A DNA stretch of 64,000 bases from Auanema rhodensis (Eukaryota; Animalia; Nematoda). Under the pieces are notes generated by a model, which was not told the origin of the DNA, did not search any database, and saw nothing but the letters and a program-made list of their open reading frames with translations. The stretch lies in the NCBI GenBank assembly GCA_964057225.1, contig CAXKVF010000077.1, positions 1-64,000 on the forward strand, written 5' to 3'. Below, piece after piece: positions 14,901 to 31,328 of the stretch. A program made the translations under genes and the position numbers. Position 1 is the first letter of the stretch. Every line of letters begins with the position of its first letter.

Positions 14901-17900
14901 TTGAAAACCGCATCTCTTTATCTTTCACGTGAAGAGAGTTACATACCAAGTGCACATCACGTGTACATTTAATTAGCATAAATTAAAGTTCACGTAAATT
15001 TCAAAGTCATGGTTACCATGAACCAATATCAATAAAAATTTGTTTTTAGACTAATATGGACATGGGGAATCTAATTTTGAAAACCGCATCTCTTTATCTT
15101 TCACGTGAAGCGAGTTACATACCAAGTGCACATCACGTGTACATTTAATTAGCATAAATTAAAGTTCACGTAAATTTCAAAGTCATGGTTACCATGCACC
15201 AATATCAATAAAAATTTGTTTTTAGACTAATATGGACATGGGGAATCTAATTTTGAGAACCGCATCTCTTTATCTTTCACGTGAAGAGAGTTACATACCA
15301 AGTGCACATCACGTGTACATTTAATTAGCATAAATTAAAGTTCACATAAATTTCAAAGTCATGGTTACCATGAACCAATATCAATAAAAATTTGTTTTTA
15401 GACTAATATGGACATGGGGAATCTAATTTTGAAAACCGCATCTCTTTATCTTTCACGTGAAGCGAGTTACATACCAAGTGCACATCACGTGTACATTTAA
15501 TTAGCATAAATTAAAGTTCACGTAAATTTCAAAGTCATGGTTACCATGAACCAATATCAATAAAAATTTGTTTTTAGACTAATATGGACATGGGGAATCT
15601 AATTTTGAAAACCGCATCTCTTTATCTTTCACGTGAAGCGAGTTACATACCAAGTGCACATCACGTGTACATTTAATTAGCATAAATTAAAGTTCACGTA
15701 AATTTCAAAGTCATGGTTACCATGAACCAATATCAATAAAAATTTGTTTTTAGACTAATATGGACATGGGGAATCTAATTTTGAAAACCGCATCTCTTTA
15801 TCTTTCACGTGAAACGAGTTACATACCAAGTGCACATCACGTGTACATTTAAATAGCATAAATTAAAGTTCACGTAAATTTCAAAGTCATGGTTACCATG
15901 CACCAATATCAATAAAAATTTGTTTTTAGACTAATATGGACATGGGGAATCTAATTTTGAAAACCGCATCTCTTTATCTTTCACGTGAAGCGAGTTACAT
16001 ACCAAGTGCACATCACGTGTACATTTAATTAGCATAAATTAAAGTTCACGTAAAATTCAAAGTCATGGTTACCATGCACCAATATCAATAAAAATTTGTT
16101 TTCAGACTAATATGGACATGGGGAATCTAATTTTGAAAACCGCATCTCTTTATCTTTCACGTGAAGCGAGTTACATACCAAGTGCACATCACGTGTACAT
16201 TTAATTAGCATAAATTAAAGTTCACGTAAATTTCAAAGTCATGGTTACCATGAACCAATATCAATAAAAATTTGTTTTTAGACTAATATGGACATGGGGA
16301 ATCTAATTTTGAAAACCGCATCTCTTTATCTTTCACGTGAAGCGAGTTACATACCAAGTGCACATCACGTGTACATTTAATTAGCATAAATTAAAGTTCA
16401 CGTAAATTTCAAAGTCATGGTTACCATGAACCAATATCAATAAAAATTTGTTTTTTGACTAATATGGACATGGGGAATCTAATTTTGAAAACCGCATCTC
16501 TTTATCTTTCACGTGAAGCGAGTTACATACCAAGTGCACATCACGTGTACATTTAATTAGCATAAATTAAAGTTCACGTAAATTTCAAAGTCATGGTTAC
16601 CATGAAGCAATATCAATAAAAATTTGTTTTTAGACTAATATGGACATGGGGAATCTAATTTTGAAAACCGCATCTCTTTATCTTTCACGTGAAGCGAGTT
16701 ACATACCAAGTGCACATCACGTGTACATTTAATTAGCATAAATTAAAGTTCACGTAAATTTTAAAGTCATGGTTACCATGAACCAATATCAATAAAAATT
16801 TGTTTTTAGACTAATATGGACATGGGGAATCTAATTTTGAAAACCGCATCTCTTTATCTTTCACGTGAAGCGAGTTACATACCAAGTGCACATCACGTGT
16901 ACATTTAATTAGCATAAATTAAAGTTCACGTAAATTTCAAAGTCATGGTTACCATGAAGCAATATCAATAAAAATTTGTTTTTAGACTAATATGGACATG
17001 GGGAATCTAATTTTGAAAACCGCATCTCTTTATCTTTCACGTGAAGCGAGTTACATACCAAGTGCACATCACGTGTACATTTAATTAGCATAAATTAAAG
17101 TTCACGTAAATTTCAAAGTCATGGTTACCATGAACCAATATCAATAAAAATTTGTTTTTAGACTAATATGGACATGGGGAATCTAATTTTGAAAACCGCA
17201 TCTCTTTATCTTTCACGTGAAGCGAGTTACATACCAAGTGCACATCACGTGTACATTTAATTAGCATAAATTAAAGTTCACGTAAATTTCAAAGTCATGG
17301 TTACCATGCACCAATATCAATAAAAATTTGTTTTTAGACTAATATGGACATGGGGAATCTAATTTTGAAAACGGCATCTCTTTATCTTTCACGTGAAGCG
17401 AGTTACATACCAAGTGCACATCACGTGTACATTTAATTAGCATAAATTAAAGTTCACGTAAATTTCAAAGTCATGGTTACCATGCACCAATATCAATAAA
17501 AATTTGTTTTTAGACTAATATGGACATGGGGAATCTAATTTTGAGAACCGCATCTCTTTATCTTTCACGTGAAGCGAGTTACATACCAAGTGCACATCAC
17601 GTGTACATTTAATTAGCATAAATTAAAGTTCACGTAAATTTCAAAGTCATGGTTACCATGTACCAATATCAATAAAAATTTGTTTTTAGACTAATATGGA
17701 CATGGGGAATCTAATTTTGAAAACCGCATCTCTTTATCTTTCACGTGAAGCGAGTTACATACCAAGTGCACATCACGTGTACATTTAATTAGCATAAATT
17801 AAAGTTCACGTAAATTTCAAAGTCATGGTTACCATGCACCAATATCAATAAAAATTTGTTTTTAGACTAATATGGACATGGGGAATCTAATTTTGAAAAC

Positions 17901-20900
17901 CGCATCTCTTTATCTTTCACGTGAAGCGAGTTACATACCAAGTGCACATCACGTGTACATTTAATTAGCATAAATTTAAGTTCACGTAAATTTCAAAGTC
18001 ATGGTTACCATGCACCAATATCAATAAAAATTTGTTTTTAGACTAATATGGACATGGGGGATCTAATTTTGAAAACCGCATCTCTTTATCTTTCACGTGA
18101 AGCGAGTTACATACCAAGTGCACATCACGTGTACATTTAATTAGCATAAATTAAAGTTCACGTAAATTTCAAAGTCATGGTTACCATGAACCAATATCAA
18201 TAAAAATTTGTTTTTAGACTAATATGGACATGGGTAATCTAATTTTGAAAACCGCATCTCTTTATCTTTCACGTGAAGCGAGTTACATACCAAGTGCACA
18301 TCACGTGTACATTTAATTAGCATAAATTAAAGTTCACGTAAATTTCAAAGTCATGGTTACCATGCGCCAATATCAATAAAAATTTGTTTTTAGACTAATA
18401 TGGACATGGGGAATCTAATTTTGAAAACCGCATCTCTTTATCTTTCACGTGAAGAGAGTTACATACCAAGTGCACATCACGTGTACATTTAATTAGCATA
18501 AATTAAAGTTCACGTAAATTTCAAAGTCATGGTTACCATGAACCAATATCAATAAAAATTTGTTTTTAGACTAATATGGACATGGGGAATCTAATTTTGA
18601 AAACCGCATCTCTTTATCTTTCACGTGAAGCGAGTTACATACCAAGTGCACATCACGTGTACATTTAATTAGCATAAATTAAAGTTCACGTAAATTTCAA
18701 AGTCATGGTTACCATGCACCAATATCAATAAAAATTTGTTTTTAGACTAATATGGACATGGGGAATCTAATTTTGAGAACCGCATCTCTTTATCTTTCAC
18801 GTGAAGAGAGTTACATACCAAGTGCACATCACGTGTACATTTAATTAGCATAAATTAAAGTTCACATAAATTTCAAAGTCATGGTTACCATGAACCAATA
18901 TCAATAAAAATTTGTTTTTAGACTAATATGGACATGGGGAATCTAATTTTGAAAACCGCATCTCTTTATCTTTCACGTGAAGCGAGTTACATACCAAGTG
19001 CACATCACGTGTACATTTAATTAGCATAAATTAAAGTTCACGTAAATTTCAAAGTCATGGTTACCATGAACCAATATCAATAAAAATTTGTTTTTAGACT
19101 AATATGGACATGGGGAATCTAATTTTGAAAACCGCATCTCTTTATCTTTCACGTGAAGCGAGTTACATACCAAGTGCACATCACGTGTACATTTAATTAG
19201 CATAAATTAAAGTTCACGTAAATTTCAAAGTCATGGTTACCATGAACCAATATCAATAAAAATTTGTTTTTAGACTAATATGGACATGGGGAATCTAATT
19301 TTGAAAACCGCATCTCTTTATCTTTCACGTGAAACGAGTTACATACCAAGTGCACATCACGTGTACATTTAAATAGCATAAATTAAAGTTCACGTAAATT
19401 TCAAAGTCATGGTTACCATGCACCAATATCAATAAAAATTTGTTTTTAGACTAATATGGACATGGGGAATCTAATTTTGAAAACCGCATCTCTTTATCTT
19501 TCACGTGAAGCGAGTTACATACCAAGTGCACATCACGTGTACATTTAATTAGCATGAATTAAAGTTCACGTAAAATTCAAAGTCATGGTTACCATGCACC
19601 AATATCAATAAAAATTTGTTTTCAGACTAATATGGACATGGGGAATCTAATTTTGAAAACCGCATCTCTTTATCTTTCACGTGAAGCGAGTTACATACCA
19701 AGTGCACATCACGTGTACATTTAATTAGCATAAATTAAAGTTCACGTAAATTTCAAAGTCATGGTTACCATGAACCAATATCAATAAAAATTTGTTTTTA
19801 GACTAATATGGACATGGGGAATCTAATTTTGAAAACCGCATCTCTTTATCTTTCACGTGAAGCGAGTTACATACCAAGTGCACATCACGTGTACATTTAA
19901 TTAGCATAAATTAAAGTTCACGTAAATTTCAAAGTCATGGTTACCATGAACCAATATCAATAAAAATTTGTTTTTTGACTAATATGGACATGGGGAATCT
20001 AATTTTGAAAACCGCATCTCTTTATCTTTCACGTGAAGCGAGTTACATACCAAGTGCACATCACGTGTACATTTAATTAGCATAAATTAAAGTTCACGTA
20101 AATTTCAAAGTCATGGTTACCATGAAGCAATATCAATAAAAATTTGTTTTTAGACTAATATGGACATGGGGAATCTAATTTTGAAAACCGCATCTCTTTA
20201 TCTTTCACGTGAAGAGAGTTACATACCAAGTGCACATCACGTGTACATTTAATTAGCATAAATTAAAGTTCACGTAAATTTCAAAGTCATGGTTACCATG
20301 CACCAATATCAATAAAAATTTGTTTTTAGACTAATATGGACATGGGGAATCTAATTTTGAGAACCGCATCTCTTTATCTTTCACGTGAAGAGAGTTACAT
20401 ACCAAGTGCACATCACGTGTACATTTAATTAGCATAAATTAAAGTTCACATAAATTTCAAAGTCATGGTTACCATGAACCAATATCAATAAAAATTTGTT
20501 TTTAGACTAATATGGACATGGGGAATCTAATTTTGAAAACCGCATCTCTTTATCTTTCACGTGAAGCGAGTTACATACCAAGTGCACATCACGTGTACAT
20601 TTAATTAGCATAAATTAAAGTTCACGTAAATTTCAAAGTCATGGTTACCATGAACCAATATCAATAAAAATTTGTTTTTAGACTAATATGGACATGGGGA
20701 ATCTAATTTTGAAAACCGCATCTCTTTATCTTTCACGTGAAGCGAGTTACATACCAAGTGCACATCACGTGTACATTTAATTAGCATAAATTAAAGTTCA
20801 CGTAAATTTCAAAGTCATGGTTACCATGAACCAATATCAATAAAAATTTGTTTTTAGACTAATATGGACATGGGGAATCTAATTTTGAAAACCGCATCTC

Positions 20901-23900
20901 TTTATCTTTCACGTGAAACGAGTTACATACCAAGTGCACATCACGTGTACATTTAAATAGCATAAATTAAAGTTCACGTAAATTTCAAAGTCATGGTTAC
21001 CATGCACCAATATCAATAAAAATTTGTTTTTAGACTAATATGGACATGGGGAATCTAATTTTGAAAACCGCATCTCTTTATCTTTCACGTGAAGCGAGTT
21101 ACATACCAAGTGCACATCACGTGTACATTTAATTAGCATAAATTAAAGTTCACGTAAAATTCAAAGTCATGGTTACCATGCACCAATATCAATAAAAATT
21201 TGTTTTCAGACTAATATGGACATGGGGAATCTAATTTTGAAAACCGCATCTCTTTATCTTTCACGTGAAGCGAGTTACATACCAAGTGCACATCACGTGT
21301 ACATTTAATTAGCATAAATTAAAGTTCACGTAAATTTCAAAGTCATGGTTACCATGAACCAATATCAATAAAAATTTGTTTTTAGACTAATATGGACATG
21401 GGGAATCTAATTTTGAAAACCGCATCTCTTTATCTTTCACGTGAAGCGAGTTACATACCAAGTGCACATCACGTGTACATTTAATTAGCATAAATTAAAG
21501 TTCACGTAAATTTCAAAGTCATGGTTACCATGAACCAATATCAATAAAAATTTGTTTTTTGACTAATATGGACATGGGGAATCTAATTTTGAAAACCGCA
21601 TCTCTTTATCTTTCACGTGAAGCGAGTTACATACCAAGTGCACATCACGTGTACATTTAATTAGCATAAATTAAAGTTCACGTAAATTTCAAAGTCATGG
21701 TTACCATGAAGCAATATCAATAAAAATTTGTTTTTAGACTAATATGGACATGGGGAATCTAATTTTGAAAACCGCATCTCTTTATCTTTCACGTGAAGCG
21801 AGTTACATACCAAGTGCACATCACGTGTACATTTAATTAGCATAAATTAAAGTTCACGTAAATTTTAAAGTCATGGTTACCATGAACCAATATCAATAAA
21901 AATTTGTTTTTAGACTAATATGGACATGGGGAATCTAATTTTGAAAACCGCATCTCTTTATCTTTCACGTGAAGCGAGTTACATACCAAGTGCACATCAC
22001 GTGTACATTTAATTAGCATAAATTAAAGTTCACGTAAATTTCAAAGTCATGGTTACCATGAAGCAATATCAATAAAAATTTGTTTTTAGACTAATATGGA
22101 CATGGGGAATCTAATTTTGAAAACCGCATCTCTTTATCTTTCACGTGAAGCGAGTTACATACCAAGTGCACATCACGTGTACATTTAATTAGCATAAATT
22201 AAAGTTCACGTAAATTTCAAAGTCATGGTTACCATGAACCAATATCAATAAAAATTTGTTTTTAGACTAATATGGACATGGGGAATCTAATTTTGAAAAC
22301 CGCATCTCTTTATCTTTCACGTGAAGCGAGTTACATACCAAGTGCACATCACGTGTACATTTAATTAGCATAAATTAAAGTTCACGTAAATTTCAAAGTC
22401 ATGGTTACCATGCACCAATATCAATAAAAATTTGTTTTTAGACTAATATGGACATGGGGAATCTAATTTTGAAAACGGCATCTCTTTATCTTTCACGTGA
22501 AGCGAGTTACATACCAAGTGCACATCACGTGTACATTTAATTAGCATAAATTAAAGTTCACGTAAATTTCAAAGTCATGGTTACCATGCACCAATATCAA
22601 TAAAAATTTGTTTTTAGACTAATATGGACATGGGGAATCTAATTTTGAGAACCGCATCTCTTTATCTTTCACGTGAAGCGAGTTACATACCAAGTGCACA
22701 TCACGTGTACATTTAATTAGCATAAATTAAAGTTCACGTAAATTTCAAAGTCATGGTTACCATGTACCAATATCAATAAAAATTTGTTTTTAGACTAATA
22801 TGGACATGGGGAATCTAATTTTGAAAACCGCATCTCTTTATCTTTCACGTGAAGCGAGTTACATACCAAGTGCACATCACGTGTACATTTAATTAGCATA
22901 AATTAAAGTTCACGTAAATTTCAAAGTCATGGTTACCATGCACCAATATCAATAAAAATTTGTTTTTAGACTAATATGGACATGGGGAATCTAATTTTGA
23001 AAACCGCATCTCTTTATCTTTCACGTGAAGCGAGTTACATACCAAGTGCACATCACGTGTACATTTAATTAGCATAAATTTAAGTTCACGTAAATTTCAA
23101 AGTCATGGTTACCATGCACCAATATCAATAAAAATTTGTTTTTAGACTAATATGGACATGGGGGATCTAATTTTGAAAACCGCATCTCTTTATCTTTCAC
23201 GTGAAGCGAGTTACATACCAAGTGCACATCACGTGTACATTTAATTAGCATAAATTAAAGTTCACGTAAATTTCAAAGTCATGGTTACCATGAACCAATA
23301 TCAATAAAAATTTGTTTTTAGACTAATATGGACATGGGTAATCTAATTTTGAAAACCGCATCTCTTTATCTTTCACGTGAAGCGAGTTACATACCAAGTG
23401 CACATCACGTGTACATTTAATTAGCATAAATTAAAGTTCACGTAAATTTCAAAGTCATGGTTACCATGCGCCAATATCAATAAAAATTTGTTTTTAGACT
23501 AATATGGACATGGGGAATCTAATTTTGAAAACCGCATCTCTTTATCTTTCACGTGAAGAGAGTTACATACCAAGTGCACATCACGTGTACATTTAATTAG
23601 CATAAATTAAAGTTCACGTAAATTTCAAAGTCATGGTTACCATGAACCAATATCAATAAAAATTTGTTTTTAGACTAATATGGACATGGGGAATCTAATT
23701 TTGAAAACCGCATCTCTTTATCTTTCACGTGAAGCGAGTTACATACCAAGTGCACATCACGTGTACATTTAATTAGCATAAATTAAAGTTCACGTAAATT
23801 TCAAAGTCATGGTTACCATGCACCAATATCAATAAAAATTTGTTTTTAGACTAATATGGACATGGGGAATCTAATTTTGAGAACCGCATCTCTTTATCTT

Positions 23901-25520
23901 TCACGTGAAGAGAGTTACATACCAAGTGCACATCACGTGTACATTTAATTAGCATAAATTAAAGTTCACATAAATTTCAAAGTCATGGTTACCATGAACC
24001 AATATCAATAAAAATTTGTTTTTAGACTAATATGGACATGGGGAATCTAATTTTGAAAACCGCATCTCTTTATCTTTCACGTGAAGCGAGTTACATACCA
24101 AGTGCACATCACGTGTACATTTAATTAGCATAAATTAAAGTTCACGTAAATTTCAAAGTCATGGTTACCATGAACCAATATCAATAAAAATTTGTTTTTA
24201 GACTAATATGGACATGGGGAATCTAATTTTGAAAACCGCATCTCTTTATCTTTCACGTGAAGCGAGTTACATACCAAGTGCACATCACGTGTACATTTAA
24301 TTAGCATAAATTAAAGTTCACGTAAATTTCAAAGTCATGGTTACCATGAACCAATATCAATAAAAATTTGTTTTTAGACTAATATGGACATGGGGAATCT
24401 AATTTTGAAAACCGCATCTCTTTATCTTTCACGTGAAACGAGTTACATACCAAGTGCACATCACGTGTACATTTAAATAGCATAAATTAAAGTTCACGTA
24501 AATTTCAAAGTCATGGTTACCATGCACCAATATCAATAAAAATTTGTTTTTAGACTAATATGGACATGGGGAATCTAATTTTGAAAACCGCATCTCTTTA
24601 TCTTTCACGTGAAGCGAGTTACATACCAAGTGCACATCACGTGTACATTTAATTAGCATAAATTAAAGTTCACGTAAAATTCAAAGTCATGGTTACCATG
24701 CACCAATATCAATAAAAATTTGTTTTCAGACTAATATGGACATGGGGAATCTAATTTTGAAAACCGCATCTCTTAATCTTTCACGTGAAGCGAGTTACAT
24801 ACCAAGTGCACATCACGTGTACATTTAATTAGCATAAATTAAAGTTCACGTAAATTTCAAAGTCATGGTTACCATGAACCAATATCAATAAAAATTTGTT
24901 TTTAGACTAATATGGACATGGGGAATCTAATTTTGAAAACCGCATCTCTTTATCTTTCACGTGAAGCGAGTTACATACCAAGTGCACATCACGTGTACAT
25001 TTAATTAGCATAAATTAAAGTTCACGTAAATTTCAAAGTCATGGTTACCATGAACCAATATCAATAAAAATTTGTTTTTAGACTAATATGGACATGGGGA
25101 ATCTAATTTTGAAAACCGCATCTCTTTATCTTTCACGTGAAGCGAGTTACATACCAAGTGCACATCACGTGTACATTTAAATAGCATAAATTAAAGTTCA
25201 CGTAAATTTCAAAGTCATGGTTACCATGCACCAATATCAATAAAAATTTGTTTTTAGACTAATATGGACATGGGGAATCTAATTTTGAAAACCGCATCTC
25301 TTTATCTTTCACGTGAAGCGAGTTACATACCAAGTGCACATCACGTGTACATTTAATTAGCATAAATTAAAGTTCACGTAAAATTCAAAGTCATGGTTAC
25401 CATGCACCAATATCAATAAAAATTTGTTTTCAGACTAATATGGACATGGGGAATCTAATTTTGAAAACCGCATCTCTTTATCTTTCACGTGAAGCGAGTT
25501 ACATACCAAGTGCACATCAC
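11969..25520 (+). repeat. Nested HOR domain, ~20-mer (3520 bp) base unit with 9/11-mer partial copies
   Basis: G34A variant at 13410, 15346, 18866, 20450, 23970 (spacings 11, 20, 9, 20 monomers). ACGGC variant at 12091, 17371, 22475 (30 and 29 monomers). Boundaries approximate. Confidence 0.85.
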
Positions 25521-25872
25521 GTGTACATTTAATTAGCATAAATTAAAGTTCACGTAAATTTCAAAGTCATGGTTACCATGAACCAATATCAATAAAAATT
25601 TGTTTTTAGACTAATATGGACATGGGGAATCTAATTTTGAAAACCGCATCTCTTTATCTTTCACGTGAAGCGAGTTACATACCAAGTGCACATCACGTGT
25701 ACATTTAATTAGCATAAATTAAAGTTCACGTAAATTTCAAAGTCATGGTTACCATGAACCAATATCAATAAAAATTTGTTTTTAGACTAATATGGACATG
25801 GGGAATCTAATTTTGAAAACCGCATCTCTTTATCTTTCACGTGAAGCGAGTTACATACCAAGTGCACATCAC

Positions 25873-28688
25873 GTGTACATTTAATTAGCATAAATTAAAG
25901 TTCACGTAAATTTCAAAGTCATGGTTACCATGAAGCAATATCAATAAAAATTTGTTTTTAGACTAATATGGACATGGGGAATCTAATTTTGAAAACCGCA
26001 TCTCTTTATCTTTCACGTGAAGCGAGTTACATACCAAGTGCACATCACGTGTACATTTAATTAGCATAAATTAAAGTTCACGTAAATTTCAAAGTCATGG
26101 TTACCATGAACCAATATCAATAAAAATTTGTTTTTAGACTAATATGGACATGGGGAATCTAATTTTGAAAACCGCATCTCTTTATCTTTCACGTGAAGCG
26201 AGTTACATACCAAGTGCACATCACGTGTACATTTAATTAGCATAAATTAAAGTTCACGTAAATTTCAAAGTCATGGTTACCATGAAGCAATATCAATAAA
26301 AATTTGTTTTTAGACTAATATGGACATGGGGAATCTAATTTTGAAAACCGCATCTCTTTATCTTTCACGTGAAGCGAGTTACATACCAAGTGCACATCAC
26401 GTGTACATTTAATTAGCATAAATTAAAGTTCACGTAAATTTCAAAGTCATGGTTACCATGAACCAATATCAATAAAAATTTGTTTTTAGACTAATATGGA
26501 CATGGGGAATCTAATTTTGAAAACCGCATCTCTTAATCTTTCACGTGAAGCGAGTTACATACCAAGTGCACATCACGTGTACATTTAATTAGCATGAATT
26601 AAAGTTCACGTAAATTTCAAAGTCATGGTTACCATGAACCAATATCAATAAAAATTTGTTTTTAGACTAATATGGACATGGGGAATCTAATTTTGAAAAC
26701 CGCATCTCTTTATCTTTCTCGTGAAGCGAGTTACATACCAAGTGCACATCACGTGTACATTTAATTAGCATAAATTAAAGTTCACGTAAATTTCAAAGTC
26801 ATGGTTACCATGAACCAATATCAATAAAAATTTGTTTTTAGACTAATATGGACATGGGGAATCTAATTTTGAAAACCGCATTTCTTTATCTTTCACGTGA
26901 AGCGAGTTACATACCAAGTGCACATCACGTGTACATTTAATTAGCATAAATTAAAGTTCACGTAAATTTCAAAGTCATGGTTACCATGCACCAATATCAA
27001 TAAAAATTTGTTTTTAGACTAATATGGACATGGGGAATCTAATTTTGAAAACCGCATCTCTTTATCTTTCACGTGAAGCGAGTTACATACCAAGTGCACA
27101 TCACGTGTACATTTAATTAGCATAAATTAAAGTTCACGTAAATTTCAAAGTCATGGTTACCATGAACAAATATCAATAAAAATTTGTTTTTAGACTAATA
27201 TGGACATGGGGAATCTAATTTTGAAAACCGCATCTCTTTATCTTTCACGTGAAGCGAGTTACATACCAAGTGCACATCACGTGTACATTTAATTAGCATA
27301 AATTAAAGTTCACGTAAATTTCAAAGTCATGGTTACCATGAAGCAATATCAATAAAAATTTGTTTTTAGACTAATATGGACATGGGGAATCTAATTTTGA
27401 AAACCGCATCTCTTTATCTTTCACGTGAAGCGAGTTACATACCAAGTGCACATCACGTGTACATTTAATTAGCATAAATTAAAGTTCACGTAAATTTCAA
27501 AGTCATGGTTACCATGAACCAATATCAATAAAAATTTGTTTTTAGACTAATATGGACATGGGGAATCTAATTTTGAAAACCGCATCTCTTTATCTTTCAC
27601 GTGAAGCGAGTTACATACCAAGTGCACATCACGTGTACATTTAATTAGCATAAATTAAAGTTCACGTAAATTTCAAAGTCATGGTTACCATGAAGCAATA
27701 TCAATAAAAATTTGTTTTTAGACTAATATGGACATGGGGAATCTAATTTTGAAAACCGCATCTCTTTATCTTTCACGTGAAGCGAGTTACATACCAAGTG
27801 CACATCACGTGTACATTTAATTAGCATAAATTAAAGTTCACGTAAATTTCAAAGTCATGGTTACCATGAACCAATATCAATAAAAATTTGTTTTTAGACT
27901 AATATGGACATGGGGAATCTAATTTTGAAAACCGCATCTCTTAATCTTTCACGTGAAGCGAGTTACATACCAAGTGCACATCACGTGTACATTTAATTAG
28001 CATGAATTAAAGTTCACGTAAATTTCAAAGTCATGGTTACCATGAACCAATATCAATAAAAATTTGTTTTTAGACTAATATGGACATGGGGAATCTAATT
28101 TTGAAAACCGCATCTCTTTATCTTTCTCGTGAAGCGAGTTACATACCAAGTGCACATCACGTGTACATTTAATTAGCATAAATTAAAGTTCACGTAAATT
28201 TCAAAGTCATGGTTACCATGAACCAATATCAATAAAAATTTGTTTTTAGACTAATATGGACATGGGGAATCTAATTTTGAAAACCGCATTTCTTTATCTT
28301 TCACGTGAAGCGAGTTACATACCAAGTGCACATCACGTGTACATTTAATTAGCATAAATTAAAGTTCACGTAAATTTCAAAGTCATGGTTACCATGCACC
28401 AATATCAATAAAAATTTGTTTTTAGACTAATATGGACATGGGGAATCTAATTTTGAAAACCGCATCTCTTTATCTTTCACGTGAAGCGAGTTACATACCA
28501 AGTGCACATCACGTGTACATTTAATTAGCATAAATTAAAGTTCACGTAAATTTCAAAGTCATGGTTACCATGAACAAATATCAATAAAAATTTGTTTTTA
28601 GACTAATATGGACATGGGGAATCTAATTTTGAAAACCGCATCTCTTTATCTTTCACGTGAAGCGAGTTACATACCAAGTGCACATCAC
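25873..28688 (+). repeat. 8-mer (1408 bp) tandem duplication, 2 copies
   Basis: TCTTAATC, CATGAATT, TTTCTCGTG (26719/28127), GCATTTCT and GAACAAAT variants recur in order at +1408. Confidence 0.92.
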
Positions 28689-31328
28689 GTGTACATTTAA
28701 TTAGCATAAATTAAAGTTCACGTAAATTTCAAAGTCATGGTTACCATGAAGCAATATCAATAAAAATTTGTTTTTAGACTAATATGGACATGGGGAATCT
28801 AATTTTGAAAACCGCATCTCTTTATCTTTCACGTGAAGCGAGTTACATACCAAGTGCACATCACGTGTACATTTAATTAGCATAAATTAAAGTTCACGTA
28901 AATTTCAAAGTCATGGTTACCATGAACCAATATCAATAAAAATTTGTTTTTAGACTAATATGGACATGGGGAATCTAATTTTGAAAACCGCATCTCTTTA
29001 TCTTTCACGTGAAGCGAGTTACATACCAAGTGCACATCACGTGTACATTTAATTAGCATAAATTAAAGTTCACGTAAATTTCAAAGTCATGGTTACCATG
29101 CACCAATATCAATAAAAATTTGTTTTTAGACTAATATGGACATGGGGAATCTAATTTTGAAAACCGTATCTCTTTATCTTTCACGTGAAGCGAGTTACAT
29201 ACCAAGTGCACATCACGTGTACATTTAATTAGCATAAATTAAAGTTCACGTAAATTTCAAAGTCATGGTTACCATGCACCAATATCAATAAAAATTTGTT
29301 TTTAGACTAATATGGACATGGGGAATCTAATTTTGATAACCGCATCTCTTTATCTTTCACGTGAAGCGAGTTACATACCAAGTGCACATCACGTGTACAT
29401 TTAATTAGCATAAATTAAAGTTCACGTAAATTTCAAAGTCATGGTTACCATGAACCAATATCAATAAAAATTTGTTTTTAGACTAATATGGACATGGGGA
29501 ATCTAATTTTGAAAACCGCATCTCTTTATCTTTCACGTGAAGCGAGTTACATACCAAGTGCACATCACGTGTACATTTAATTAGCATAAATTAAAGTTCA
29601 CGTAAATTTCAAAGTCATGGTTACCATGAACCAATATCAATAAAAATTTGTTTTTAGACTAATATGGACATGGGGAATCTAATTTTGAAAACCGCATCTC
29701 TTTATCTTTCACGTGAAGCGAGTTACATACCAAGTGCACATCACGTGTACATTTAATTAGCATAAATTAAAGTTCACGTAAATTTCAAAGTCATGGTTAC
29801 CATGCACCAATATCAATAAAAATTTGTTTTTAGACTAATATGGACATGGGGAATCTAATTTTGAAAACCGTATCTCTTTATCTTTCACGTGAAGCGAGTT
29901 ACATACCAAGTGCACATCACGTGTACATTTAATTAGCATAAATTAAAGTTCACGTAAATTTCAAAGTCATGGTTACCATGCACCAATATCAATAAAAATT
30001 TGTTTTTAGACTAATATGGACATGAAGAATCTAATTTTGAAAACCGCATCTCTTTATCTTTCACGTGAAGCGAGTTACATACCAAGTGCACATCACGTGT
30101 ACATTTAATTAGCATAAATTAAAGTTCACGTAAATTTCAAAGTCATGGTTACCATGAACCAATATCAATAAAAATTTGTTTTTAGACTGATATGGACATG
30201 GGGAATCTAATTTTGAAAACCGTATCTCTTTATCTTTCACGTGAAGCGAGTTACATACCAAGTGCACATCACGTGTACATTTAATTAGCATAAATTAAAG
30301 TTCACGTAAATTTCAAAGTCATGGTTACCATGAACCAATATCAATAAAAATTTGTTTTTAGACTAATATGGACATGGGGAATCTAATTTTGAAAACCGCA
30401 TCTCTTTATCTTTCACGTGAAGCGAGTTACATACCAAGTGCACATCACGTGTACATTTAATTAGCATAAATTAAAGTTCACGTAAATTTCAAAGTCATGG
30501 TTACCATGCACCAATATCAATAAAAATTTGTTTTTAGACTGATATGGACATGGGGAATCTAATTTTGAAAACCGTATCTCTTTATCTTTCACGTGAAGCG
30601 AGTTACATACCAAGTGCACATCACGTGTACATTTAATTAGCATAAATTAAAGTTCACGTAAATTTCAAAGTCATGGTTACCATGAACCAATATCAATAAA
30701 AATTTGTTTTTAGACTGATATGGACATGGGGAATCTAATTTTGAAAACCGCATCTCTTTATCTTTCACGTGAAGCGAGTTACATACCAAGTGCACATCAC
30801 GTGTACATTTAATTAGCATAAATTAAAGTTCACGTAAATTTCAAAGTCATGGTTACCATGCACCAATATCAATAAAAATTTGTTTTTAGACTAATATGGA
30901 CATGGGGAATCTAATTTTGAAAACCGCATCTCTTTATCTTTCACGTGAAGCGAGTTACATACCAAGTGCACATCACGTGTACATTTAATTAGCATAAATT
31001 AAAGTTCACGTAAATTTCAAAGTCATGGTTACCATGCACCAATATCAATAAAAATTTGTTTTTAGACTAATATGGACATGGGGAATCTAATTTTGAAAAC
31101 CGCATCTCTTTATCTTTCACGTGAAGCGAGTTACATACCAAGTGCACATCACGTGTACATTTAATTAGCATAAATTAAAGTTCACGTAAATTTCAAAGTC
31201 ATGGTTACCATGCACCAATATCAATAAAAATTTGTTTTTAGACTAATATGGACATGGGGAATCTAATTTTGAAAACCGCATCTCTTTATCTTTCACGTGA
31301 AGCGAGTTACATACCAAGTGCACATCAC

